Below are positions 37,326 to 48,174 of a stretch of DNA of 64,000 nt, piece after piece (position 1 is the first letter of the stretch; every line of letters begins with the position of its first letter). The notes beneath the pieces were generated by a model. That model saw only the letters and a list, made by a program, of their open reading frames with translations, had not been told where the DNA came from and did no database searches. Source of the DNA: Escherichia phage U1G; sequence record NC_070872.1. One strand, written 5' to 3'. Both the position numbers and the translations under genes were made by a program.

Positions 37326-40300
37326 TTAGTTAGTAAGGTTGAGCCAAGGGTTCAGGTTATGGGCACGTAAGCCTTGACCGAAGCCCCAGGAGTAACCGAG
37401 ATTGCCTTGTGCAGCAATACTGAATATGTTGTCCTGAATAGGTAAACCAACATTACCAAACATGGTAGGAGTTGGAGCCAATATAGCCATAGCTGCATGT
37501 ACCGGGTTATTACGAATCATGGATACTGCAATTTTTGCAGAACGAATCTTAAAGTTATAGAACCACATTAAACCAACACTTTCCATATATCCACGGAAGC
37601 GACCAGGTAAACGGTCGTAGTTAATGAACTCTTCCGTTACACGCCCCAGTGCTTCTTCACGAGTCTTACCTTTACGCTGAGTCAAATCATCATAGATGAT
37701 TGCTTTAGCAATAAAGTCAGAGTACTCAACCGTCTTCTGGATACCCTGGAAGAGAGCAGTATCCTTAGTGATAAGAGCATAACGTCCAGCGTTGCGTACA
37801 GACTTAGGTAACTTATCAGCCAGTTTATCCATGTATTCGTGAAGTTTACCTTCGGTAATCAGGATGTCATCACGTCCAATACCTGCATCTGCAATTGAAG
37901 AGAACTCACCCGCTTCTAACAGAGGCCAAATACTCATACGCTTATGGCTATCAGTGATGGACTGAATCTCAGCCTTAAGCTTACGAATCTGGTTCGGGTT
38001 AGTAGCTGCACGTAATTCTGCTTCTGCATCTACCTGACGCAGACGAGATTTCAGGTACTGATTAATCTCAGCAGTCTTCTGTGGAATGCTCTTAGCAATG
38101 TTCTTAACAGGTACACCACGAGCAACCATCTGGTAAAGGTTAGCCAGGAAGTTAACAGCAGGTACAACTACTGACTTAACCACAATCAGAGTCTTAGCTT
38201 CTTTAACTAAGTTCTGAACCAAGTTCTCACCACCCATTACATACTTATAGGCACGGTTACCGAAGACACCCAGCATAGCTTTCTTGAAGGTATCCAGTGT
38301 TTCTGGGGACCAACGAGAATTACCAGACCAGGCATCACCAACAGAAGCTGCACGATAACCTAGTGCATCGTTGAGCATGTCACGACGTACCCACAGCTCA
38401 CCCGGGCCAAACAGACTTTCTGCTTTCTGACGAGTTTCACTGTTCATCAGCTTAAGTGCATCAGCAGTTACTGGGTCCAGTTTAGAACCAAGAAGGTTAA
38501 CGTACTGAGACTTATTAGAGACAGACATCTTAATGTCGTTTTCATACATGCTATGCAGGTTCTCAATCAGCATATCGTTGAAACGCTGGGCCTTAGCTTC
38601 CTCCACCTGACGTCCACGCCATACACCAATTGCACGAGCAAGATGGTTCTCACCTTCAATGTGCTTCAGCATATTAGGGTCAATGGATTGCTCGTAAGCA
38701 ACCACATTACCATTGGCATCATATACAGGCAGCAGTGGTTCATTACCACGTTCACCACGAGCCAGTGCTTTAGTAATACGGTCTACAGAAGGCTTGTCAG
38801 TAATACGACCTGCTACCATGGTTCCCATCGTAAAGCCTGTACCAAGGTCTACACCACCAGCAGTATTGCGAACGTTCTGTAGGATACCCTGTGAGAATGG
38901 AGCCTGTGCCTGTACAGGTGCGAAGTAGTAGCTACGTGCTGGACCACGGTTAGCAGAGCTACCCTGATAAGTACCCAGACGTACATAGGATTTTTCAATC
39001 AAATCAGCAAATTGGCTATCTTCAGCAACAATCAGGTTAACACCTTGTTTAGTCTCACCAGGAATATACCCTTTGTACTGGTTCAGGGTTGCACGAGTAT
39101 CCGACTTGGCTTTAGCCATTTCATCTTTACGCTGACCAACCAGGTAAGAGGTAGCAAAGTCCATGCCTTCAGTTTCTGTTTGAGCCAGTGAAGATAACAT
39201 CTCACGGTCAGTCTTACTCATTGCTTCCAGTGCATACAGAGTAATCAGTTTATCCAGTTGAGCTACGTCTACAGTAGAACGTGCAGACTGGCGTTCTCCC
39301 AGCATACGAGAGATTGCTGTAGCATTACGCAGCAGGTTATTACCAACTGTACCGTTAATCATGTACTGAGCCAGTTGCTTAGATTTACGGCTAATCAAAG
39401 GCCAGTTACGTCCTGCTTGTTTCTGCAAATCTGCTTCCAGTTTATTAACCTCACGGTCAACAATCTTCTGGTCAGTCAGCAAGTCACGGATTTCAGCCAG
39501 AGACATAGTGTCACGCAAAACAGCTAGGTCAGTTTTACCCATTCCAGTATGCATTGCTTTCCACTCATCATTAGTCAGCTTACGGCTGAACTTAGATGCG
39601 ATAGTGGTAGGCAAATGTTCACGGAACTGTTGACGGTCAGCCTGTACCTGTGCACGTACTGCTTTAATCAAATCGTATACAGAAGCATTACTCTTAGTAC
39701 GACCAGTTAGGTCATTAACCAGGTCATGGAAAGGTTGCCATACTTTACCCTGGTTCATTGCAGCCATAACACCTTCAGCTACGATTTCACCATTCTTCTC
39801 TGTAGCAATAGCAGCTATTAGTTGTGCAGCATGAGCAGCACCTTTGACCAGTGGGTTCTTGGTATTAGCTGCAACTTCACGAGCACCTTCCAAAGCACGG
39901 GTAGACAGTACATCAATAGAATCCACCAGATACTGGTTAGCACGGTCAATAGCATTACCACTAGGAGTAGCAACGGAATCATAGAAGGATTGTGCATTAA
40001 GACTCGTCTGCATGATTGTCTGAGCCAGTGCATCCATACCTTCCTGTACGTTAGTGGCTTTAGTATCACCTGCTACGCGAGCATTCAGACTAGCCATTGC
40101 AGCAGTACCAATGTTAGTCAGCATTGCATCAACTGTATTACCAGATTGCTTATCTGCTTTCATAACTGGAATGTCAGCCAGTACTTTGCGTACTTCTTCA
40201 CTTACCATTGCCAGACCAACAAAGGTAGGTAGTAAGGAAGAACGACCCTGTGCATCAAACTCAATATTGTTAGCACCCATGATGGTATCGAACTTCTGTT

Positions 40301-43300
40301 GAGCGTAGTAACGGTCAGCAGGGTTAGTACTATCTGGGTCAGCCATGAACGCTTCAACGGTCAGGTTCTTAGTAACATGCGTGTAGTATTCCTGTGCACG
40401 AGCCAAAGCAGCTGGGTTAATAGCAGCCTCAGTAGCCAGAGCAGCAACAATGTTAGTGAAAAGACGTTGTTCCTGCATATTCATAGTGAAGCCATGAGCC
40501 TGAACATCACGAGTTACTTTAGTTGCATTCACTACTGCATCAGAGAACTTACCTTTACGAATTACTTGCTGTACTGGTTCAGAACCAATGTAGTCAGTAA
40601 TCAGTTTATCGAAGGTTTTGCCCAACTCTTCCAGACGAGTATTGTCACCATATGCTTTGTTATGGAACAAAGTAGTATCTTTGGCTACAGCAGCAGTAGG
40701 AGCTTGTCCACGCATTACTACAGCAGAGTTAAACAATAAGCCGGAGAACATATCATCAGCATTAGCTGGTGCTTTCTTACGACCAAATACCAGACGCTTG
40801 ATTGCTTCATATACAGCCTGAACCATTGTTTTCAGTGCAGTAGTTTTCTTCTGCTTACTAATCAGTTCACGGTTAGTTAAGCCCCATGCCATGTACTCAT
40901 TAAGTGCAGCAGCTTTAGCCATTGCTGGTTCAATGAAGCCATTAGACAAGTGACCATTAATGGTATTAAGTGCATCAGCATATGCCTCACGTACTGCCGG
41001 GGATTCATCCTTAACATCCAGAGCACGGAATTGATTCATCAGGTCTTCAATATTCTGTACTGCTTCATTAGGAGTACCTTCGTAGTGAGCCAGTACAGAT
41101 TCAAAAGTAGAAGCATGTACTAATTCATGAACCAGAGTCTCTAAGGAAGGAGTAACTAAGTAGATGGTCTTATCTTCGAAGTTAGTCCAGCCGTATGCAT
41201 TACCAGCTTCAGCAGCTTCAATATCTTCCGGTGCTGGACGAGTAATGTTCTTCTCAATAGCATAGGCATCCAGTTGAGAAGGTGTACCGTAAACAACCTT
41301 GTAGTCTTTAGCAGCAAGGGATTTCTGTACTTCTTTCAGTACTGCTTGCTGTTCCGGAGACATCTCTTTAGCCAGCTTAGAGATAGCAGTATTAGACAAC
41401 AGACGTACACCAGATTTCAGTACACGACCAACCTGTTCCATTGCTGGTACTTCTTTCACTGGTTCTGCTTTAGCAGCACGTACTGCATCACGACGCTTGT
41501 TTAATTCAGCATCAAACAGTTCGTTCAGCTTAGCTACTTGTTGGTCTACGGTCAGACCTTCCAGAGAGATTTTACCGTTGTTCACATAAGGAGCACCAAC
41601 AGCAGCCATCTGGTCAACAGTAGTCTGTACCTGGTTCATTACTTTGTGGCGAATATCCACACCCAGTGCAATGTTACGCAGGTTACGTTCAATCTGTTCA
41701 GCACCAATACGTAACAAGTCATCAGTAGCACCCTCACGTTGGTCATATTCCAGAGCAGATTTAGCGATAGCCTGTTTGGTTTCATCAGACAGTTTGCTGA
41801 AGTCTACGTTCTTCATGAACTTAGAGAAGGAGTCATAAACATTCTTGATAGGGTTACCCTGCCAGGAAGTGTATACAGCCTCGTTAGCTTTACGACTTGC
41901 ATCAGTGATGTTATTGATACCAATGTTCATACCATCAAAGATTTTCAGAGTATTCTTCGGAGCACCCTTCATAGTAGAAAGGGTCTGCATCATCATGCCA
42001 TCACCAGTACCAATGGTCATAAATGGAATACCTGCAACACCTGCCTGTGAAGGAGCATAGATGCTCATTGGCACACGCATACGGTCATCTAAGTTGGTAG
42101 CCAGTACTTGGTTAGCAACATCAGTATTCTCACTACCAGCAATGTAGAAAGTCTGTGAGCCAGTCTCAATCATTGGAGCCAGTGGAGACAATGATTCCTG
42201 GATTTCATTCAGTTCTTTCTGTGTTAAGAAATCACCCTTCTTCCATGTTGGGTCTTTTTCTTTTTCTGCCAGCTTAGCCTGTACTGCTTGTTGGAACATG
42301 TCTTGCAGAACCAGAGACTGAATCTGGGTAGCCTTCTGCAAGTTCTCAGTAGAGTGCATCAGACCTTCGCCAACAGTATTACGAATACCAGTACGCATTG
42401 GTTCAACGAACAAGTGAAGCATGTTTTCTTGCAGGTTCTTCAGGGCATTCCCAGATACGGTAAACTTCTGAGGGTCTAACTTACCAGTCAGAGCACCTTC
42501 TACCTGTTGAATAGACAGTTGACCTTTACGCATAACTGGAACATTACCAGTCAGTGCTTCCATGGACGTAAGGAAAGTATCCAGCATAGCCTGAGCATCA
42601 GCCTCAGACGCAGCCTCCTTACCAAACATTGCCATAGCTGGGGAAATGCTAGGGTCAGCAGCGCGAGCTTGCAGAACATCACTGAAGCGTTCATAGATGG
42701 TGTCAGTAATTGCACTAACCATCTTGCCAGCAATACCACGAGCACCGGAACCATAGATGGTAATAGTCAGTGGGTTTTTAGCGATACCACGTTTCAGGTC
42801 CAAAGTACCGTCTTCATTCAAGTTAAAGTCTTTAATGAACAGGTCCATTAACTTCTGAAGATGATTCATCTGGTTCATAACCGGAACGTTGTTACGGTAA
42901 GTAGTACGTAACTCATTCAGTGCTTGTTGCAGACCATTAGTAGATGCTTCATACAAGTCAACACTATCATCCTGTGAACGATGTTCGTTCATAGTCTTAC
43001 CGGCTTTACCGAAGAACAGACCACCTTTAGCAGTATTCTTAATCCAGTCTGAAGTAAACCTACCACCAGTCATTAATACCATTGCGTTGATTGGTCCGTT
43101 AGTTACACCATCGGCTTCAACGTACAGTGGGGTATTAAAGTTAGCACGGTCATCACTGTTCAGGTAACGGGCATACTCCATCAGAGCCATGAGAGCTACG
43201 AAGGATTTATCGCCACCAAGAGACGTCTTCAGAATATCTACTGCATTGGCAGGTAAGTGACCAGACTTATCAAACTCAACCATCATATCTACAGCAGGTT

Positions 43301-46300
43301 TCAGATTACCTTCCAGAGCTTTAGTCAGCTTTTCAGACATAGCTTCACGGGACATGTTATGTACCTTGATACCTAATGCCTGAGCCAGACCTAACTGGAA
43401 GTCAGAGAATGTTTGGCTGTTTTCATTACTCAAGTCAATAGTAGAGAAGGTTGGCAGAATTGCTTCACGAACCAGTTTACTGGATTGTGGATTGTTCTTA
43501 CCTAACATCTGCATACGACCTACACGGGTCATGTTGTAACCATAGTGAATAGGCGTATCCAGACCATTCTCCTGTTCCTGTAATTGATTGATTACACCAA
43601 ACAAAGAGTCATATGCCATAGACACTGACAGGTTCTTACCTTCCAGTGATTTAGCAGTATTCACGTTCAGCAGTTCAGGATTAAGAGTACCAGCACCCAT
43701 CAGTTCCAGAATGTTGTCACGACCTAATGCTTCATAGAAGTTAACCATCGGCATGTGTACACGGAACTCGGTAGCCTGTTCTGCTTTAAGAGCAGCTTTC
43801 TGCTCTGGGGTATTCTTAACAGCAGGGTTACGTAACTGAGTTTGAGCCACGGAAGGAATATCATCACCAAAGTACATTTTCTCTTCTGGTTCTACGAGAA
43901 CAGCTTCCTCGATAGCAGTAGGGAACTTGTTAATGGCATCGTTATCGTCCAGCTTCTCAATAGTATATAGACCAATAGTCTTATTGGAGTCTGGGTCAAT
44001 CTCAGACACATCAAGCATAGATTCTTTAACTTCACCCATCTCAATGAGAGAAGACAGAATCTCTGTAGCCATTGCCATTGGAATACCTTTGGTATAACCC
44101 AGTGGTGCATTTGGATTACGGTCCAAACCCCAGTAAGATTCAATCTTTTGAGCCAGTGAGTTAGTAGCTTCAACCAGAGTCTGAGCATTCTCGAATTCAG
44201 CCAGAATACCTTCTGGTAACAGAGATGCTTCTACACCAGTAATAGCAGCTACGTCTTTCATATCTTTAACAGCAGCATTCTGTGTAGCAGTCAGTCGCCA
44301 TTGCAGACCAGCAAGTACAGCAGTTTCTAACAACTGGTCATTAAACTTAAAGGTATCCCCATCTTTCTCTACGATGTTAAGTAACTTACCACCTACCCAA
44401 CGGTTAGCTTCAGTACCTTCTGCAAAACGTTTACCTACGTTCTTATTAGCAAGGAACTTAGCCAGACGGTCAGACAAAGTAGTCTTCAGAGTTTCGCCAA
44501 AATCAAATAAGTCCTGATAACGCTTAATCACATCACTTGTGAGAGCGTTATTTTCTTTTTGAGTGAATGCTTCAAAGCGAGCAGCAGAAGACAGTGCTTT
44601 CTTAACATCAGTCAAAGGGGATTCAGAACCAATGGTTCGAGACTTAGATTCTTCCGGCAGAGTAAATGCCTTAAGGAACTGGTTCGGTGTCTTGTCATTG
44701 TTATAGACAGGGAACACTGTTTCCATTTGAGATAGGGGTTTACCACCAACGGTATAGTCTGCTTTCAGTTGAGCCAGAGATACCTCTATCTTCTCAACGT
44801 TATTGGTATTACGCCCAGACGTATCTACACCTATTTGAATCAGTGCATTGTTTGCTTCTACGAATGATTGAACAGTATTGAATTGTTCAGGAGTCAGCTT
44901 CTGATTATCAAACAGTTGCAATGATACAAACGGTTGTTCACTGCCTTTATAGAAGGTAGAGCGAATAGCACCAGTATCTAATGACATATCACGATAACCA
45001 TCATGACCAAATACGTCCGACAAGCTAATGTGGTCACCATTAGAGCCAACAACAGTACCGTCAGCAAAGAGCCAAGGACTCTCTTTACGATCACCATACT
45101 TATTAAGAGTATCTTGAGAAATAGTATTCTCTTTTACATAAGCATCTCTTTCAGATTCAGTAGACTGTACATCAGTATCCTGTTTTTCAGACTGGTTCTC
45201 AGGCTCTTTTACAGACTGTGGTTTAGACTCTTTAATAGTAGATTCTGTTTTAACAGCTTCACTAACAGAGGGTTTAGTCTGTACAGTAGAGGTAACTGGT
45301 TCCTGTTTCATAACAGGAGTTTCATCAACCTGATTCACTGGTTCATTGGTCTGTTGAGACTGAGTGGCATCAAGACCACCTTGACGGAACTCTTTAACTA
45401 CCTGGGCAGCAGGCTTGTCCAGACGTGAATCCAATGGGGTAACTTTCACATGAGAAACATTAAGCTCCGGGTAAGCCGTAGCAAGTGCATTAGCAATATC
45501 AGCTACGGTCTTGGCCTCCAGTCCTACTTGCTGGGCAAACTTAACAGACTTGGTATCATACGGATTGACACCGAGGCCAGTACGACTACGTACCCATTCA
45601 CGGGAAGGAGTAAGAGCCTGATAATGGACAGACTTATTCTTATCCGCATTCCCAGAAATCAGATGCTCATTCAACGCTCCGACCTTATTCTGCATGTGCT
45701 GGGCGAACTTCATAAAGTCGTCGAGATAAGCGGAAGCCAAATCGAAGTTACCAGAGTTGTACGCAGAACGAATGCGTTTAGCATGTTGCAACGCAGAGTA
45801 CTGACCTTCATTAGAACGAGACTCGTCGGTTTTAATTTGTTTACTAACAATATCTTGAGGACGTAAGCCTAATTCTTCTGCTTTAGCGTCGAATTCACGT
45901 GCACCCTGTAACAAGGCAGCAGCCGATTGCAGGGCAGCACGTTGTCTATTCCCCAGTGTAATCTTACCTTCACTTGCATGTTTCAGAACCATGTTCACTG
46001 AATCTGCATCCAGTACTTCTGGAGACATATCAGCAGCCATAGCAATGTTGTTTGCTTGGGTTTGGTTAGCTTCTTCAGTAGCTTTCAGTTTACCCGCTTC
46101 AGCCTGCTCCTGAATCATGGAATGAATGGCACGGAATGCACGAAGTACCTTCGGTGTATTCTGAACGTTAGCCATCAGGCCAGAGAACTGGTCAACAATA
46201 TTAGCAGCATGAGAACCTTGTTCCAGGTTAGCCAGAGCACCTGGGTCACGGTTAATGAAGCTATCCATAGACATGATATTGTCATACATCTGGATTGCAG

Positions 46301-48080
46301 CTTCCATTTGAACGTTAGGGTCTTCAGCAGTATTAACCAGGTCAGCCATCTTCTGAATAGCTTCAACACGGTTAGTGGAACCAGAAACAGCTTCACGGAT
46401 TGCTGGGTTAGCTTGTTCCAGTTCTACTGGGTCAAACTTCATTGCCTGAGTTAAGTCAGCAGCATACTGGGTAGCAGCAGCTTTCTCTTCAGGGGAAATG
46501 TCCATTGCATCTACTGCTTCCTGTACAGTTTCTTGTGCTTGCTCTGCCTGAGCAGTAGCTTCTTGTGCAGCAGCATTAACCGTAGCATCTGATACAGGAG
46601 ATGCTTGTTCATTACGCTTAGCAACTTCTTCACCACGTTGAACCAGAATGTTAGTAATAGGAGAGGCTACTTTTGCTAGTGCCTTACCAGCCAGAGAAGC
46701 ACCAGCCAGGGTAGTACGTACAGCAGGACCAACGGCAGCACCAGCAGCCTTAACAGTTGCACCAGGAGCTTGAGCAACTCCAGCAGAACCAAAGCCGTAC
46801 AGTGCACCAAGACCTGCTTGTTCACCGACACCTTTAAGCAAATCACGCTTAGCATCTACATTACCTTGAATTGCTTTATTCTGTGCAAACTGACTAGTAC
46901 CAGACTGAATACCTTCTTCTACGGTTTCACGGAGCATGTTAGAGCCAGCACCAGCCAGTGAACCTACCTTAAGTGGGTTAAGTTCAAATTTGGATACCAG
47001 TGGACCAGTAGCAGCAGCAACTGGAGCAGTTAATCCAGCAGCAATGATACCTGTTTCAGATGCAGTCTGACGACGTGCTTCTTCAGGAGATAAGCCATCT
47101 TTAATATGTTGTTGGTATACAGGAGATTTGGCAGCCAGTTCACTAAATGGCATTTCCATAATTTCATTAGCAGTCTGTTGGTATGCACCACCTGCTTCCA
47201 TGCCACCAATTGCAATAGCAGGTGCAGCAACACGACCAGCAGACAATGCAACCTGTGCAGGACGAGAACCTAATTCAGCAGCTAAGGTAATACCTTTAAC
47301 AGCTTTATCTCCACCTACCATTACTTTGCCAAGTGCAGATACACCACGGATAAGAGGACCACCAGTAAACAGAGAACCAACACCTTCACTCAGCCCGTCA
47401 GAAGCAGCCATACCATTATCAAGTGTATTAGCAACAGAATCAAAAGCATCACGACCAATGCGAGACAGAGAGGCAACCAAACTGCTCTCCCCATTTTTAA
47501 TGTCTTCTTCATAGAGTTTCTGGTTCTTTTGTGCAGAAATCTGGTTCTGATTCTGAACAACCTTACGGGTAGCATTCAGTGCATCAGACTGTAGGTTGTG
47601 TACACCTTTGTTCAACCAGTCAAGACCGGAAGCAATGGTTGCCCCGGCATTATCATTGACCAGACCTGTGCCAAGAGCAGCAATACCCCCAAGGGTATTA
47701 GCAACACCAAGACCAACACCAGAAAGAGTATCGCCAAATGCTTCTGCGTTAGTACGTTGTTTAGATAAGTCCTGACGTACAGCATCAGCAGCATTAGCTC
47801 GGCTATTAAGAATCTGTAGACCTTGCTCATTACCATATTTATTAAGAATTTCTAATGGGGAGGCTTGAGTGAAATCTGCCTGAAGTGAACCTGGTTCGAA
47901 TGCACCGATTCCAAGATTACCTACACGACCAGTTTGGAGATTGTAAGCATTCTCTGGGGTTAATTGGAAAGGGCTTTGCCCTTGTGCAGCTTGCTTCTGA
48001 GAGGTTGCAGTAGAGACATCGACTTGCTTAGCATTAGTGATGCTGTCTGCGAAACCTGCCAGACGGTCAAATGTTGACAT
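37326..48080 (-). CDS. virion-encapsidated RNA polymerase (giant vRNAP, N4 gp50-like)
   Basis: ~3584-aa ORF at the promoter-distal end of the late operon; size and position match the N4 vRNAP; ATG 48080 preceded by AGGAAA (longest ORF starts TTG 48098). Confidence 0.75.
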   Translation of the reverse strand: MSTFDRLAGFADSITNAKQVDVSTATSQKQAAQGQSPFQLTPENAYNLQTGRVGNLGIGAFEPGSLQADFTQASPLEILNKYGNEQGLQILNSRANAADAVRQDLSKQRTNAEAFGDTLSGVGLGVANTLGGIAALGTGLVNDNAGATIASGLDWLNKGVHNLQSDALNATRKVVQNQNQISAQKNQKLYEEDIKNGESSLVASLSRIGRDAFDSVANTLDNGMAASDGLSEGVGSLFTGGPLIRGVSALGKVMVGGDKAVKGITLAAELGSRPAQVALSAGRVAAPAIAIGGMEAGGAYQQTANEIMEMPFSELAAKSPVYQQHIKDGLSPEEARRQTASETGIIAAGLTAPVAAATGPLVSKFELNPLKVGSLAGAGSNMLRETVEEGIQSGTSQFAQNKAIQGNVDAKRDLLKGVGEQAGLGALYGFGSAGVAQAPGATVKAAGAAVGPAVRTTLAGASLAGKALAKVASPITNILVQRGEEVAKRNEQASPVSDATVNAAAQEATAQAEQAQETVQEAVDAMDISPEEKAAATQYAADLTQAMKFDPVELEQANPAIREAVSGSTNRVEAIQKMADLVNTAEDPNVQMEAAIQMYDNIMSMDSFINRDPGALANLEQGSHAANIVDQFSGLMANVQNTPKVLRAFRAIHSMIQEQAEAGKLKATEEANQTQANNIAMAADMSPEVLDADSVNMVLKHASEGKITLGNRQRAALQSAAALLQGAREFDAKAEELGLRPQDIVSKQIKTDESRSNEGQYSALQHAKRIRSAYNSGNFDLASAYLDDFMKFAQHMQNKVGALNEHLISGNADKNKSVHYQALTPSREWVRSRTGLGVNPYDTKSVKFAQQVGLEAKTVADIANALATAYPELNVSHVKVTPLDSRLDKPAAQVVKEFRQGGLDATQSQQTNEPVNQVDETPVMKQEPVTSTVQTKPSVSEAVKTESTIKESKPQSVKEPENQSEKQDTDVQSTESERDAYVKENTISQDTLNKYGDRKESPWLFADGTVVGSNGDHISLSDVFGHDGYRDMSLDTGAIRSTFYKGSEQPFVSLQLFDNQKLTPEQFNTVQSFVEANNALIQIGVDTSGRNTNNVEKIEVSLAQLKADYTVGGKPLSQMETVFPVYNNDKTPNQFLKAFTLPEESKSRTIGSESPLTDVKKALSSAARFEAFTQKENNALTSDVIKRYQDLFDFGETLKTTLSDRLAKFLANKNVGKRFAEGTEANRWVGGKLLNIVEKDGDTFKFNDQLLETAVLAGLQWRLTATQNAAVKDMKDVAAITGVEASLLPEGILAEFENAQTLVEATNSLAQKIESYWGLDRNPNAPLGYTKGIPMAMATEILSSLIEMGEVKESMLDVSEIDPDSNKTIGLYTIEKLDDNDAINKFPTAIEEAVLVEPEEKMYFGDDIPSVAQTQLRNPAVKNTPEQKAALKAEQATEFRVHMPMVNFYEALGRDNILELMGAGTLNPELLNVNTAKSLEGKNLSVSMAYDSLFGVINQLQEQENGLDTPIHYGYNMTRVGRMQMLGKNNPQSSKLVREAILPTFSTIDLSNENSQTFSDFQLGLAQALGIKVHNMSREAMSEKLTKALEGNLKPAVDMMVEFDKSGHLPANAVDILKTSLGGDKSFVALMALMEYARYLNSDDRANFNTPLYVEADGVTNGPINAMVLMTGGRFTSDWIKNTAKGGLFFGKAGKTMNEHRSQDDSVDLYEASTNGLQQALNELRTTYRNNVPVMNQMNHLQKLMDLFIKDFNLNEDGTLDLKRGIAKNPLTITIYGSGARGIAGKMVSAITDTIYERFSDVLQARAADPSISPAMAMFGKEAASEADAQAMLDTFLTSMEALTGNVPVMRKGQLSIQQVEGALTGKLDPQKFTVSGNALKNLQENMLHLFVEPMRTGIRNTVGEGLMHSTENLQKATQIQSLVLQDMFQQAVQAKLAEKEKDPTWKKGDFLTQKELNEIQESLSPLAPMIETGSQTFYIAGSENTDVANQVLATNLDDRMRVPMSIYAPSQAGVAGIPFMTIGTGDGMMMQTLSTMKGAPKNTLKIFDGMNIGINNITDASRKANEAVYTSWQGNPIKNVYDSFSKFMKNVDFSKLSDETKQAIAKSALEYDQREGATDDLLRIGAEQIERNLRNIALGVDIRHKVMNQVQTTVDQMAAVGAPYVNNGKISLEGLTVDQQVAKLNELFDAELNKRRDAVRAAKAEPVKEVPAMEQVGRVLKSGVRLLSNTAISKLAKEMSPEQQAVLKEVQKSLAAKDYKVVYGTPSQLDAYAIEKNITRPAPEDIEAAEAGNAYGWTNFEDKTIYLVTPSLETLVHELVHASTFESVLAHYEGTPNEAVQNIEDLMNQFRALDVKDESPAVREAYADALNTINGHLSNGFIEPAMAKAAALNEYMAWGLTNRELISKQKKTTALKTMVQAVYEAIKRLVFGRKKAPANADDMFSGLLFNSAVVMRGQAPTAAVAKDTTLFHNKAYGDNTRLEELGKTFDKLITDYIGSEPVQQVIRKGKFSDAVVNATKVTRDVQAHGFTMNMQEQRLFTNIVAALATEAAINPAALARAQEYYTHVTKNLTVEAFMADPDSTNPADRYYAQQKFDTIMGANNIEFDAQGRSSLLPTFVGLAMVSEEVRKVLADIPVMKADKQSGNTVDAMLTNIGTAAMASLNARVAGDTKATNVQEGMDALAQTIMQTSLNAQSFYDSVATPSGNAIDRANQYLVDSIDVLSTRALEGAREVAANTKNPLVKGAAHAAQLIAAIATEKNGEIVAEGVMAAMNQGKVWQPFHDLVNDLTGRTKSNASVYDLIKAVRAQVQADRQQFREHLPTTIASKFSRKLTNDEWKAMHTGMGKTDLAVLRDTMSLAEIRDLLTDQKIVDREVNKLEADLQKQAGRNWPLISRKSKQLAQYMINGTVGNNLLRNATAISRMLGERQSARSTVDVAQLDKLITLYALEAMSKTDREMLSSLAQTETEGMDFATSYLVGQRKDEMAKAKSDTRATLNQYKGYIPGETKQGVNLIVAEDSQFADLIEKSYVRLGTYQGSSANRGPARSYYFAPVQAQAPFSQGILQNVRNTAGGVDLGTGFTMGTMVAGRITDKPSVDRITKALARGERGNEPLLPVYDANGNVVAYEQSIDPNMLKHIEGENHLARAIGVWRGRQVEEAKAQRFNDMLIENLHSMYENDIKMSVSNKSQYVNLLGSKLDPVTADALKLMNSETRQKAESLFGPGELWVRRDMLNDALGYRAASVGDAWSGNSRWSPETLDTFKKAMLGVFGNRAYKYVMGGENLVQNLVKEAKTLIVVKSVVVPAVNFLANLYQMVARGVPVKNIAKSIPQKTAEINQYLKSRLRQVDAEAELRAATNPNQIRKLKAEIQSITDSHKRMSIWPLLEAGEFSSIADAGIGRDDILITEGKLHEYMDKLADKLPKSVRNAGRYALITKDTALFQGIQKTVEYSDFIAKAIIYDDLTQRKGKTREEALGRVTEEFINYDRLPGRFRGYMESVGLMWFYNFKIRSAKIAVSMIRNNPVHAAMAILAPTPTMFGNVGLPIQDNIFSIAAQGNLGYSWGFGQGLRAHNLNPWLNLTN

Positions 48081-48142
48081 AGCATGTTTCCTGTTCAAAC
48101 TTATATCGTATATAGGAAGCTTACTCTACAGTAAGCCTGTGT

Positions 48143-48165
48143 AAGAAAAAAGCCCCGAAGGGCTT
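48143..48165 (-). terminator. terminator/attenuator hairpin upstream of the vRNAP gene
   Basis: On - strand: gccc-TTCG-gggc followed by TTTTTT. Confidence 0.5.
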
Positions 48166-48174
48166 TTATTAGTA

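Noticed and set aside
37326-48080. HExxH-like motif (LVHELVHAS) inside the vRNAP suggesting a metallopeptidase domain
   Set aside because: A five-residue pattern in a 3584-aa protein is expected by chance; no surrounding context recognised.
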